DNA of 64,000 bases from Octopus vulgaris (taxonomy: Eukaryota): positions 50,034,001 to 50,098,000 of the forward strand of contig OX597827.1 in the NCBI GenBank assembly GCA_951406725.2, given 5' to 3'. The notes below the pieces were generated by a model, which saw only the letters and a program-made list of their open reading frames with translations, was not told the origin of the DNA and made no database searches. Of the stretch, positions 12,493 to 24,973 are shown one piece after another. Made by a program: the position numbers and the translations under genes. Position 1 is the first letter of the stretch, and each line of letters opens with the position of its first letter.

Positions 12493-13068
12493 CTAAATGG
12501 ATAGATAGAGAGAAAGTGTGACAAACATATAGCTGGGTAGATAGACAGACATTCAGACAAATAGACAGGTGAGGGTTTTTGACAGGAAGAGCATTGGGCC
12601 AAAGAAAATTTGCATCAATAACTTTTGTCTGATCTATGCCAGAATGGAAAAGTGATGTTAAGACAAGAATGGTGATGATATATAACTTTATTTACTTTAT
12701 TGGTCACTCACCTTATAAGGTAAATAAGTTCTAAATTTCTGCTATCTTTCACTATCTCATCATAATTATAAACTATTTCAATTAGATCCATTATTTCTGT
12801 TACTATGATGTATCCTGAGTGTTTCATTTATTTTATATTGTTAATACATTATTTATGTGTTACAGAATACATATAAAAGCCTAAGTTACTCTCCCAGTAA
12901 TTTACAAACCATGCAACGCCTATCCTTTTAGTGGTATTTCATTTACTCAATCTTCTACTTTCTTCCTCCTCAAACAGGTTTCAGTTAATTCAGTGACCTT
13001 TTTATCAGAAACGTGGCCAACCATTACACCACTAATTTTTTGAAATCTATTGTGGTAAGCTCCCTTAA

Positions 13069-13287
13069 CCCTTTGGTGTTCAAATTTCTCTATTAAATGT
13101 AATACTTTTTCACTCAAATTGTTTTGAATTAATCATGCATTATGGTATAGCTTTGAGGTTTCAATGATGTAATTATTTATTTTTAGAATGTCACTGTAGG
13201 TTAGGTGTGAGAGGCTAGATATGGTCAGTTTGAATATAAAACATGTAGAATATTTGGCTGGATATGGCTGGTTTAAACACTAAAGGG
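13069..13287. mobile_element. piggyBac-type MITE
   Basis: ttaa|CCCTTTGGTGTT ... AACACTAAAGGG|ttaa; a related copy in opposite orientation lies at about 24600-24805. Confidence 0.75.
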
Positions 13288-13444
13288 TTAACACTGTTGT
13301 AATGTCAGCCACATGTTGGAATTGCTTCCTAAGGTCTCCTATTTACTTACATCACCAACTTTAATGTTCACACTCTCATGTATGCACATTCATTTCACAC
13401 CATCGTCATCTCTTCACCCACTGCTTGCATATCTTACCTTTTAT

Positions 13445-13800
13445 CTTTCACTTATTTCAGTAATAAGACTGGCCATGCTGGAGCACCTCATCGAAGGGTT
13501 TAGTCAAATAACTGCTCCTGTTACATACTTTTAAGTCTGGTTCCTATTGTACTGGTCTCTTTTACCAAACCACTAAGTTATAGGGATATAAACAAACCAA
13601 CACTAGTTGTCAAGTGGTGAAGGGACAACTACAAACACATATACATATATGATGGGCTTCTATACAGTTTTCTGTCCACTAAATTCACTCACAAGGCCTT
13701 AGGCTGGACTATAGAAGACACTTGCCCTATGCGCTGCATAGTGAGCCTGAACCCAAAATCATATGACTGCACTTATTAATATACATAAGTGCAACCATGC
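13445..13800 (-). mobile_element. Diverged SINE family A
   Basis: ggccatgctggagcacc tail; cactcacaaggc..tatagaagacacttgccc head. Confidence 0.7.
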
Positions 13801-14835
13801 ATAAATACATAAGTGCATATAATCACTACATGCATCTTTTGACATGCAAGAGACAGATAAACAATGCAGCAGCAACAACTTAAACAATGGTAATGACAAC
13901 AAGGACATCAGTGATGGAAGTAACAACAACAGCAATAACATCACCAACAATAAAACCAACAGCAACAAAAACAAGGTCATTTTTCCAGGAGGAGCCGTAC
14001 AGTCTCTCCCTAGAGGACAAGTGAACCAAACTTGAAGGCATCATCTTATTTAAGATAATTGCAGGAAAAAGGACAGCTCTTATACCTCCAATCTGAAACT
14101 CAAGCTGCAACTGCTAGAAAGACAGTAAAATATTGTCACAGTATCATTCAAAAGGAGAAAACGACAAACACACGCTGGAACAGCCCTCCATAATGTATAG
14201 TGTGGTATCCAATGTATACCTAGGGCAAGGCAGTTCTGCACAGAGTAGGTCCAATGTAAGACTAGGTTGTAGCAATTCAACACTCAGTAATTACCCACCA
14301 CAGTGATGACTTTGTTCTCTTCCCTACCTATTTGGAAATGACAATGTGGTTAACAATACAGGACGTCCTACCAAAGCTGGGTCTCTAGTGGATCCTAACT
14401 TGCATAGTGTTGGAAGGAAACGATACCCTGTTGGACAGAAAGAGAACAAGAAGGAAAAAACTAGTTTGAGACTAGATTAGAGGTCCTTTTCCAAAAAATC
14501 CTGAACATCTGGAAAAGATTCCATGTCTCATCCCTCTGCTGAATGAAACAGAGCTGCAAGTAACTGTGGAAGGCTGAGATGCCACTGTGTGGAAGAATCA
14601 ACCATCTGATAGCCTATTTACCAAACAATGAAAACAGAAAAGGTGGAGTGGGGGTGGTGGAAATGGCTATCCTGCTGCTGACACCATAACAACAACAACA
14701 TGAGTCATACGCAGAACGTGATTACTACTTTTTAGCACCCAAAAAACACCTTTTCTAGATAGCACCAACACAAGATCTATGTCCATACACTGTGAGCTAG
14801 GGAGGCTATGGCCCCCTTTCTAGTTGTAGTGATAC

Positions 14836-14881
14836 CTGTAGACCACTGGTTTCTGGGTAATTTTCCTTCTTTGGTACAGGA
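14836..14881 (-). ncRNA. Type I hammerhead ribozyme motif, inverted copy, mutated core
   Basis: Minus strand: cctgta CCAAAGA aggaaaattaccca GAAA cc agt gg TC tacagg; perfect 6-bp stem I. Confidence 0.55.
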
Positions 14882-15055
14882 CAACTGCCAGATTGTCCTG
14901 AATTGGACTGCTACATTGTGATGGCAAATAGAATTTACTGTATGGTACTGTTACTACATATTTCTTGCTCAGAGATTTAAAACTAGTTGTCTTACTCTTT
15001 ACAAGATCAGCGACTGTGTGTCACTGAGCAAGAACGAGTGACTGCTATCACTAGC

Positions 15056-15119
15056 TGGCAGTTGTCCTGTACCAAGGAAGGGAAATTACCCAGAAACCAT
15101 TGGTCTATAGGTATTGCTA
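15056..15119 (+). ncRNA. Type I hammerhead ribozyme motif, mutated core
   Basis: tggcagt-tgt-cctgta CCAAGGA agggaaattaccca GAAA cc att gg TC tatagg-t-attgcta; bulged extended stem I. Confidence 0.6.
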
Positions 15120-16024
15120 CAGCAAGAAAGTGAGCAGTAGACACCCATGTGCACTGTATACGGACATAGATCATGTATCAGTAGCCAGTGGAAGAGATGT
15201 TTTCTTGGGGCTAAAATGTTGTAACATCGTCCTGTATAGGACTGCGACATTGCATTGGCAAATTGACTTTACTGTACGGTACTGTTACATATTTCTCGTT
15301 CAGAGATTTAAACTAGCTACTTTTCTCTTTACAAGATCAGCAACTGTGTGTCACTTTAAAAGTATATGCTGTGAGGAAGAGCATGTGACTGCTCTCTCTA
15401 GCTGGCATTTCTCCTGTATTGAGGGAGGCAAATTATTCGGAAACAATTTGTCTACACATATTGCTTTGGCTACGAAGGGAGTGGTAGACACCCTTGCTCA
15501 CAATATATGGATAAAGATCATGTGTTGGTAATCAGCTGTAGTAACATCATCCTGTGCAGGAGTACCATGTTGCTTTGGCAAATACTTTATTGTATAGTAC
15601 TATTACTACAAATTTCTCACTCACAAGCTCAGTGAGACTGTGTCATATTATTAAAAGTATATACTGTGAGCAAGAGTGACTGACCGTTATCTCTATACCG
15701 AGGAAGGGAAATTACCCAGAAACCATTCAGTTATAGGTCTTGCTACGGCTAGAAAGGAAGTGGCAGAATCCCTTGCTCACAGTATATGGATCATGTGTTG
15801 GTAGCCAGAGGAAAAACATGTTTTCCTGAGGCAAAAAAAGTAGTAACACTGTCCTGTGCAAGTCTGCCATGTTGCATTGGCAAATAAACTTTACTGTGTG
15901 GTACTGTTACTGCATATTTCTCGCTCAGAGGTTTAAAACTAGTTGTTTTTCTCTTTATGAGATCAGCATGTATCACATTAAAAGTATATACTGTGACAAG
16001 AGTGAGTGACTGCTATTTCTAGCT

Positions 16025-16089
16025 GGTGGTTGTGCTGTACTGAGGAAGGGAAATTACCCAGAAACCATTGGTCTACATGTATCACTACA
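16025..16089 (+). ncRNA. Type I hammerhead ribozyme motif, canonical core
   Basis: tgta CTGAGGA a-ggg-aaatta-ccc-a GAAA cc att gg TC taca; GUC cleavage triplet at 16071-16073; outer stem gtggt/atcac. Confidence 0.7.
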
Positions 16090-16388
16090 GGTAGAAAGGG
16101 AGCAGTGGACTCCTTTGCTCACAGTGTACAGACACAGATTATGTGTTGGTAGCCAGAGGGAAAAGATGTTTTGCTGGGGCGAAAAAGTAGGAACATCGTC
16201 CTGCGCAGGAGTGCCATGTTGGATTGGCAAATAGACTTTATTGTACAGTACTGTTACTACATATTTCTTGCTCAGAGATTTAATACTAGTTGTTTTTCCC
16301 TTTACGAGATTAGTGACTGTGTGTCTCTTTAAACATTTAATGTGATGTGACCAAGAGTGAGTGACTGTTATCCTTAGCCAGCAGTTAT

Positions 16389-16433
16389 ACTGAGCTGAGG
16401 AAGGGAAATTTCCCTGAAACCATTGGTCAGCAG
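16389..16433 (+). ncRNA. Type I hammerhead ribozyme motif, canonical core and perfect stem II, damaged stem I
   Basis: CTGAGGA AGGGA aatt TCCCT GAAA CC att GG TC (16395-16428). Confidence 0.65.
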
Positions 16434-18440
16434 CAGTGGTTCTCAACCGTTTTTTCTAACAGCACGCTTTGGAACACATGAAAAAATAGCGGCACACCTA
16501 ACTAAATATATATAAAAAATATTTGAATTTTGCAAAATAAGAACATCGCAAGTCATAGACGGCATACAACCGTAGACACAGACTAATCATAGACACATAG
16601 AATGACTCAAACTTAATAAAGAAAAGCACAGCTATGAACTTACTTTATTGCAGTGTTTCAAATTTCATGAGTCAAATAAATAGCTGGCTTCTTTAGTGAG
16701 AAATTTGTGTCTGGCTTTTATTCTTAATTTTCTCAATGCTTGGTTGAATATGAGATAGACATACCCTCATTTCTTCTTCTGTTGTACATAATCTCTCACA
16801 CTTCTTGTTTTTGAAGTTGTTTAATGTTGAGAAGCCTAATTCACATATATAAGAAGTTGAAAAGTGTAATAAAATTACGAAAGCTCTTTTACAGAATATG
16901 TGATACTCCTCTTGAATTGAAATCCAAAATGAATCAATGGGCAGACTCAAATGTTTTAATTTTAACCCTCGGTCACTAGAAGGTGGCCAATTCTTCTTCT
17001 TCTTCCTGTAAATCAAGTTCTATGTTGGAAGAATGGTTTATGAAAAGATCTCTAATCCCATACTTTTCTGTCTTTAATTTTAGAAAGTAATTGTTGATGC
17101 TTTTGTCCAGGGCAGCCAGATGATTAAACACAATAGAGATCATTTCTCTAATGCAGGTAGAATGCAATAAAGGGACTATATCAAGATTACCAGTTATTGC
17201 TTTTTTTTTTTCTAAATCGCAATTTTCTTTTTGAGGGCAAGTTGAAGTCAGAACATTTCATTTTTACCTTGCATTCTACTGTTTGTTTTATTTAGTTCAC
17301 TGAATATTTCTGTTAGGTATTCCATTTTAGACATCTAAAATTCAGAACTAAGGTATTCACAGAATTTCTCCTGCTTTTCCTTGAGAGAAAATGATAGTAA
17401 TTCCATGTGCAGTTCGTGAACACGATTTAGTATTTTGCCTTTCAACAGATAGTGAACCTTTGTGTGCATTAATAACTTAACATACTGACAGTCCATCTCT
17501 TTGCACAGTTGTTCTAATAACCATGACTTCAACAGCCTACTTTTTATAAAATTGACCATTCCAACAACTTGATGTGACACAACCTTTAAATCTTCCTGCG
17601 GTATTTTTGAAACAAGAACTTCTCTATGTAGAAAGCGATGAGTACGAATGAGATTTGGATTTTCTTTCTCTATGAAGGATACAAATCCTGTAATACAGCC
17701 TGTTATGCATGGGAGCTCCATTGGTGCAAATGCCAACACAGGACCTCCGAGACAAATTCATTTCTTTGAGGTAGCCTGTTATCAAATCAAAAATATCTTG
17801 ACATCTTGTAGTTGTGGACATTCCTTTACAGCACAAAAATTGATTACTCTTTTACTCTTTACTCTTTTACTTGTTTCAGTCATTTGACTGCGGCCATGCT
17901 GGAGCACCGCCTTTAGTCGAGCAAATCGACCCCGGGACTTATTCTTTGTAAGCCCAGTACTTATTCTATCGGTCTCTTTTGCCGAACTGCTAAGTTACGG
18001 GGACGTAAACACACCAGCATCGGTTGTCAAGCAATGCTAGGGGGACAAACACAGACACGCAAACACACACATACATATATATATACATATATACGACAGG
18101 CTTCTTTCAGTTTCCGTCTCCCAAATCCACTCACAAGGCATTGGTCGGCCCGGGGCTATAGCAGAAGACACTTGCCCAAGATGCCACGCAGTGGGACTGA
18201 ACCCGGAACCATGTGGTTGGTTAGCAAGCTACTTACCACACAGCCACTGTCAATAAAACGTACAAATGCAAGCAATTGACTATTATTACTGATGTCAATG
18301 GATTCATCCAAGGTTAAAGCAAAATTAGAATTCGTAAGCTTTTTCTGAATATTGTCTTCAATATTTTTCAATATATCTAGAATTCTTCTATGTATTGCAT
18401 CATCTGAAGGCGGGATATTGTTCAATTCTTAACTATGTTA
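16434..18440 (-). mobile_element. Degenerate hAT (Buster/Charlie, SCAND3/ZBED8-like) DNA transposon, 5'-truncated
   Basis: TIR CAGTGGTTCTCAACC at 16434. Frameshifted fragments FALTLDESIDISNNSQLLAFVRF, CVGICTNGAP, THRFLHREVLVSK and SYICELGFSTL..EMRVCLSHIQPSIEKI..QISH*. Confidence 0.9.
17845..18248 (-). mobile_element. SINE family A inserted in the hAT transposase
   Basis: Near full-length, low-divergence copy. Confidence 0.9.
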
Positions 18441-18457
18441 GATTATACACTCTTCAC

Positions 18458-18838
18458 TCAGGAAACACTTTGCATTTTTAAGCATCTACCTATCTCGTTG
18501 CCTGGAGAGGAGGTACTCAACCTGGCTGGTAAGTGATTAGGTGGCTGGCTCATTTTTCTGAAGTTAGTGTTGCAGATCATGAGATCACTTGCATCACAGA
18601 ACTCCAGCAGCCATGTTCCCTCCTTATTTCTAGGTCCAAAACCATAACACCCATGCCCTCCCTGGAATCCATAGGAATGCTGTCCAACATGTCCATTGAA
18701 GTCACCAGCCATAATAACAAAGTCTCTGTCATTTGTCGTTGAGGTGGTCTGCAAAGGGACCTCATAGAATTGATCCTTCTGCTCATCAGTCAGCCCAGGC
18801 TGAGGAGCATAGATAAATGTAACTGTTAATTTACTCAT
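18458..18838 (-). mobile_element. RTE-clade LINE apurinic endonuclease fragment
   Basis: IYAPQPGLTDEQKDQFYE..MAGDFNGHVG..GFGPRNKEG..LLEFC..LMICNTNFRK. Confidence 0.85.
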
Positions 18839-18937
18839 AATAATATATATATATATATATATAAATAAAGAGAAAAGCAACTAGTTTTAAATCTCTGAGC
18901 GAGAAATACGTAGTAACAGTACCATACAGCTTATTTG

Positions 18938-18982
<45 letters not shown>

Positions 18983-19141
18983 AAAGGGATTCTTTTAGTC
19001 TCTACCTACTGAATCCACTCTCAAGGGTTTGGTTTGGTTTGGTTGGTCCAGGGTGATAGTAGAAGACATTTGCTCAATATATCACACAGTAGAATTGACC
19101 AGTGGTTGGGAAGCAAAGTTACAGCCATACAGCTATATATA

Positions 19142-19508
19142 TGGAAATTCAACATCAATGGAAATTGCAGTTGTGATACCAGTGCCGGTGGCACGTAAGA
19201 CAACCATCCGAACGTGGCCGTTGCCAGCGCCGCCCCGACTGGCCTCATGCTGGTGGCACGTAAAAAGCACCATCCGATCGTGGCTGTTTGCCAGCCTCGT
19301 CTGGCACCTGTGCCGGTGGCACGTAAAAAGCACCCACTACACTCACGGAGTGGTTGGTGTTAGGAAGGGCATCCGGCTGTAGAAACATTGCCATATCATC
19401 AGACTGGGCCTGGTGCAGCCTTCTGGCTTCCCAGACCCCACTTCAACCGTCCAACCCATGCTAGCATGGAAAGCGGACGCTAAACGATGATGATGATGAT
19501 GATGATGA
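19142..19508 (+). mobile_element. RTE 3'UTR/tail copy
   Basis: Homologous to the reverse complement of 30517-30890. Confidence 0.85.
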
Positions 19509-19518
19509 TATATATATA

Positions 19519-19723
19519 CAGTAATCCTTCACCACGTCGCAGTTCACTATTTAAGCTTGTGTTAATATTTTCATGGTGTTGTTTTGCATTTATAATAAAA
19601 TAAATATATACAAATTATAAAAAAAAAGAAAATATACAGTACAATATTGTCTCTACTTCTTGAATTTTCACTTACTGCAAGGAGGTTTGGAACATAACAT
19701 CCACGATAGCTGAGGGATTACTA
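19519..19723. mobile_element. pogo/Tigger-like MITE
   Basis: ta|CAGTAATCCTTC ... GAGGGATTACTA imperfect TIRs. Confidence 0.55.
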
Positions 19724-19835
19724 TGTACATGGCTGTGTGGTAGGAAGTTTTTTATATATATATACTTTATTTAAAAGCAGCAGAAATATAAATAACAAAA
19801 GCTGTTACTCACAGTTTGGACAGTTTTGTTAAAAT

Positions 19836-19875
<40 letters not shown>

Positions 19876-20875
19876 GTGTGAGAAAGTGCCAATCCCTAGC
19901 AGTTGAGGGAACCCGTGGAAGAGGTAGACCCAGGAAAACCTGGGACGAGGTGGTGAAGCACGACCTTCGAACTTTAGGCCTCACTGAGGAAATGACCAGA
20001 GACCGAGACCTTTGGAAATATTCTGTACGTGAGAAGACCAGGCAGGACAAGTGAGCCCAGCCCACTTATGAATGCCTTTCCTCCCTTGGACACAAAGACC
20101 GGTTGAGGCAAGCGAAGTCGATATAGAACCTCATCCGACGACAGACACCCATGCCAACCCCCCATGCTTGCGAAGACATGTTGGGGCAAGCGAAATCGAA
20201 ATCGAAACCGAATTGAACCAGCCAGGATCCCTGGCCTGGTGGTACGTAAAAAGCACTATCCGACTCGTGGCCGTGGCACGTAAAATACTCCAATGCGACC
20301 GTACGACAGGCACCCATGCCAACCCCTTTGCTTGTGAAGACATGTTGGGGCAAGCGAAATCGAAATCGAATTGAACCAGCCAGGATCCCTGGTCTGATGG
20401 TACGTAAAAAGCACTATCCGACTCGTGGCCGTGGCACGTAAAATACTCCAATGCGACCGTACGACAGGCACCCTTGCCAACCCCCTTTGCTTGTGAAGAC
20501 ATGTTGGGGCAAGCGAAATCGAAATCGAATTGAACCAGCCAGGATCCCTGGTCTGGTGGTACGTAAAAAGCACTATCCGACTCGTGGCCGATGCCAGCAC
20601 CGCCTCGACTGGCTTCCGTGCCGGTGGCACATAAAATACACCAAACTGACCGTGGCCGTTGCCAGCCCCGCCAGGCACCTGTGCAGGTGGCACGTAAAAA
20701 GCACCCACTACACTCACGGAGTGGTTGGCGTTAGGAAGGGCATCCAGCTGTAGAAACATTGCCAAATTTAGACTGGAGCCTGGTGCAGCCTTCTGGCTTC
20801 CCAGAACCCCGGTCGAACCGTCCAACCCATGCTAGCATGGAGAACGGACGTTAAACGACGATGATGATGATGATG

Positions 20876-20877
<2 letters not shown>
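19876..20877 (+). mobile_element. 5'-truncated RTE LINE (last ORF2 codons plus 3'UTR with a ~160 bp triplication)
   Basis: KC..LAVEGTRGRGRPRKTWDEVVKHDLRTLGLTEEMTRDR..REKTRQDK* matches the 31112 ORF end; unit repeats start at about 20146, 20311 and 20469. Confidence 0.9.
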
Positions 20878-20908
<31 letters not shown>

Positions 20909-20910
20909 GT

Positions 20911-21196
20911 TGATCGTTACCAACGTCGCTTCACTGGCACCTGTGCCGGTGGCATGTGTAAAAAGATTCAAGCGAGGTCATTGCCAGTACCGCCTGACTG
21001 GCCCCTGTGCTGGTGGCACGTAAAAAGTACCCACTACACTCTCGGGGTGGTTGGCGTTAGGAAGGGCATCCAGCTGTAGAAACTCTGCCAGATCAAGATT
21101 GGAGCCTGGTGCAGCCATCTGGTTCGCTGGCCCTCAGTCAAAATCGTCCAACCCATGCTAGTATGGAAAGCAGACGTTAAACGATGAATGATGATG
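20911..21196 (+). mobile_element. RTE tail copy
   Basis: Near-identical to 1722-2053 and 24974-25299. Confidence 0.85.
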
Positions 21197-21212
21197 ACAC
21201 ACACACACACAC

Positions 21213-21271
<59 letters not shown>

Positions 21272-23194
21272 TAAAGGAACACAAATGGGGTTTAAAATTT
21301 ACAAGAGCTGTTTTGGTAGAATTTTATAGATTATTTATAGACTACATCATAGCACATAATCTTCCATCTTTAGGTAAGATGTTAAACATGTACAAATATA
21401 ATATCTTGACAAATTGAACCAACGTTTCTGGATAAGTGCTATCTTAAAAAATTACATTTGAATTTATAGGGAAATTAGGAGTGGCTATAACAGGCATGCA
21501 AGAAGCAAAGAGATGAAACTACTCAAATTTCAAAAGAGTTATCTTAATTACTTTATAGCCAAAAATGACTGTGTGGACATACAAGAAACACAGGCATGTT
21601 TGTTACTGTATTTATTTTGTGATGCTCTGTGTTTCTTTCAATTACTTTAAATATAACAAAGAATTTAGTAAAATAACTTAGTTATCATTCAGCTAGTGTT
21701 AGGAACATAAATTGTGACTAAGGTTTGGTGGAAGATTTTAATATAAAATTTATGAAAACAAGACATTTGTACTACAGAGCCAGAGCTGGTTTCAGCCGGG
21801 TTGGTAATGAAAGGGTTAAAGCCAGGAAGATACTGTGTCCATTAAGTGAGATAAAAGAATGCAAGCCTCAGTGCAGCAGAAAGTCACAAAACTATCATCA
21901 CCTTTTCATGCATACACACACACACACAAATATGTGTACCTACATACATACATGTACATATACATATAAGAACAGGAATGGGCTGAAGTTCACTACAACT
22001 GTTTTAGACATGTTTTTATTCTTATTGATGCCTTTAGCTAGGCAACTTGCCTAATCATAATCTAAGATCCATAAACACTGACTATATAATCATTCAATGT
22101 GTGTACACATTTTGTTAAGGGCACCCTGTATGTGTACATATACAGACACAACTTTCATTTCACCTACTCTTTGACCAAACAGCACAAAAAAACAAAACAA
22201 AACAAAACATTTACTTCAGGTGAATAAGAAATTTAAACCTGAAATTTAACACTTAAGATTAAGTTCACAATAGGTATAATTTTTGTGATGATCAGAAAAA
22301 GAAAAATTATTTCTCTGTTATAAGCTGAATCTTAAATGCTAAATTTTAGATTTAAATTTTTATTCATCTGAAGAAAATAGTTTTTATTTCGTGATGTTAT
22401 TGATTTGTTTATCAACAAAACACATATCTGAAACCCATTTGTGTTCTTATTTTACACCAAACTTGGAACCTTTCCCACATTAGGATTTGGAATTTAAAGT
22501 GGACTGTGAAACCACATACCAGAGTATGTCAGTATGTGATTTTACATATACACGTACAGTTATATTGATAAGTATATTGATCTGTTCATGTGCATGTGTA
22601 TGTAAGTGGTAAGGCAAGTCCATATATACATTATTAAATACATGAGTGTCCATATATATACTGTTGATACATGGATATGCTATTCTTGACCCAAATTTCA
22701 GATTGTTCACTTATTACACATTTTTGTTCTTGAACATTACATTTGCTTATTTTCATGTAGCATTTACTATTGAATGCATTTTTGTTCATCATGAACACTG
22801 TCTTGTTTTGATACCACAAATTAAACATTTTGTATAACTATACTGAAGTTTGTTTCAGGCATGGCTGTATAGTAAGAAGTTTCCTTCTCCACTACATGGT
22901 TCTGGGTTCAGTCCCACTGCGTGACACTTTGGGCCTTTATAAACCTCTGACCATTGTCATACCTATCTCTATTTGTCTCTCACTTTTCCTTAGCCTCATC
23001 TCCACATCACCCATCCCTTCATTGTTCCCCAACTACTGTATTAATCTGCAGCTTATTACTCTAACTGTATCACCAGTCAGCACCTCCACTTCCCCGAACC
23101 ACTTCTGCTGATATCCTTCAGTTTTACCACACACCCCTCACTTATATTTACCATTTATTGCCCTTGTTCACCATTCACTATATTCATCACACTG

Positions 23195-23420
23195 TGAGCT
23201 GGCAGAAATGTTAGCACGCCGGGCGAAATGCGTAGCTGTATTTCGTCTGTCGTTACGTTCCGAGTTCAAATTCTACCGAGGTCGACTTTGCCTTTCATCC
23301 TCTCGGGGTCGATAAATTAAGTACCAGTTACGCACTGGGGTCGATATAATTGACTTAATCCCTTTGTCTGTCCTTGTTTGTCCCCTCTGTGTTTAGCCCT
23401 TTGTGGGTAGTAAAGAAATA
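23195..23420 (+). mobile_element. tRNA-derived SINE family B (Deu/Nin-domain-like core)
   Basis: gagctggcagaa..gagttcaaattc..gaggtcgactttgcctttcatcc..ggggtcgataaattaagtaccag; second copy at 52997. Confidence 0.85.
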
Positions 23421-24973
23421 TATATTCATCCCATCCTTATTTCTAACCATTTCCCACTTTCCCCCAACAGTTTTGCAATCTTTGCCTGCTCTGTCTTTCG
23501 GTCTCCATTCTCTCTTCTAATCATCTACTTTGAGGATACACGCTCACACCTCATCCCCAATCTTCCCTGTAAGCCATATGCTTGTGTGCATGCATGTTTT
23601 ACAACTAGTACAGAGTGGAAAACTTGTGCACACAGAGTTTTTGAGATGAAATTGAATTTTTTTTAATTGAAGATTACTTATACTTTGCAAAGAAAGACAA
23701 AATTTGCTCACAAGCAAATTTCCATAGTAAGATACCAACTAAAAACCAAGACAAAAGATGGTTTTCTGATCCGTTGGATCCTGCCAAATCATCCAACCCA
23801 TGCTAGCATGGAATATTGATGTCAGGTGATGATGATATCTTTTGACAATTTGTCTCAGCAAAGGAAGAAAACATGAGCAACTGAACAAAATAAAATGAAT
23901 TGGACTCTGAGCAAAGTCTCGCATAATATTTGTTTCACAAGTTAAACAGTCCTTGTTTATGTTGCCATTGGAAATGCAGTGAATCAATGACTGACCTACT
24001 GGAAACCTGTAGATAATGATTCAACTGCAATACAAATTAAGTTGCACTTAGGATAAAAATATATTGATGTTCAAATTAGATGTAGGCATATTTCGTTAGA
24101 ACTAAGGAAACTACCTACCAAACAAGAGATCAAAATAGTTTTATATCAAACTTTCTGATATCATTTAAAACAAGTTTATCTCAAGAAATCTCAAACAGAG
24201 TTATTTCTAAAGCAATTTCTAATACATTCATATTATCAAATCATTTTTATCTTGTTAATTTCAAATTGTAGGGAGTTTAATGTAGTGAAATCAGCTAAGT
24301 AACTTGTAAAAGTTATCACTAATAAATTATATTTTCAGTTATTTATTTAGATAAAATTGTTTACCTCTTTCCTTATAGAAGGTCATATAATATTTGTATA
24401 GCATATTTGCATTATTTAGATGAGATATTACAGATCCTAGAATTGTATGTGTCATGGGTTAAATAATTTGACTTTTTAAAAAAAAAAAAGAAATTTTTTA
24501 CATCTTGTTTTTGTCAACTAAGTAACCCTTTAACACAAATTTAATCTAGACGAACATTCAGGAACCTAGCTCAGCAACCTTGGTCATGACTAGTTAAACA
24601 TAAGCCTTTAGCATTTAAACTGGCCATATCTGGCCCAAATACACCCCTTGTTTTAAGTTCAAACTGGCCTAACCCTCTCACACCTACCCTACAATGTCAT
24701 CCTAAAAATAGATACCACCACTGAAATCTCAAAGCTATGATCAATTCAAAGCAATGTGAGTAAATAAGCTTTACATTTGGTAGAGTAATTTGAATGCTAA
24801 AGAGCTAAAAGTTAGCATAGTAAATATCAAAGTACTTATTTGTAACTGAGAACAGAAAAACCCAATGTCACCTGGAAAGTGACCTTGCTCATAACAAAAT
24901 GCAATGTCATCTTGCCTGAAAGGCAGAGCACAATTATTTGAGAGAACAATTTATTATTAAATACATCCGTACC

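Larger units (their letters stand above)
14701..16433 (+). repeat. Tandem array of ~280-355 bp units, each with a hammerhead motif; first segment (14701-14890) inverted
   Basis: Anchor agggaaattacccagaaaccattggtc recurs at about 15079, 15428, 15705, 16047 and 16402, and as a reverse complement at about 14840-14870. Confidence 0.9.

Noticed and set aside
15100-16446. ORFs of 143, 61 and 130 aa within the tandem array
   Set aside because: Frames are not conserved between units and no domain is recognisable.
19182-20720. Repeat-spacer pattern of gtggcacgtaaaaagcac resembling a CRISPR array
   Set aside because: Eukaryotic LINE 3'UTR; spacers are homologous between copies and there are no cas genes.
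23870-24030. Possible extra exon (ttgcAG acceptor on the minus strand)
   Set aside because: In-frame stop in the required phase and no convincing donor; the flanking exons already join in frame.
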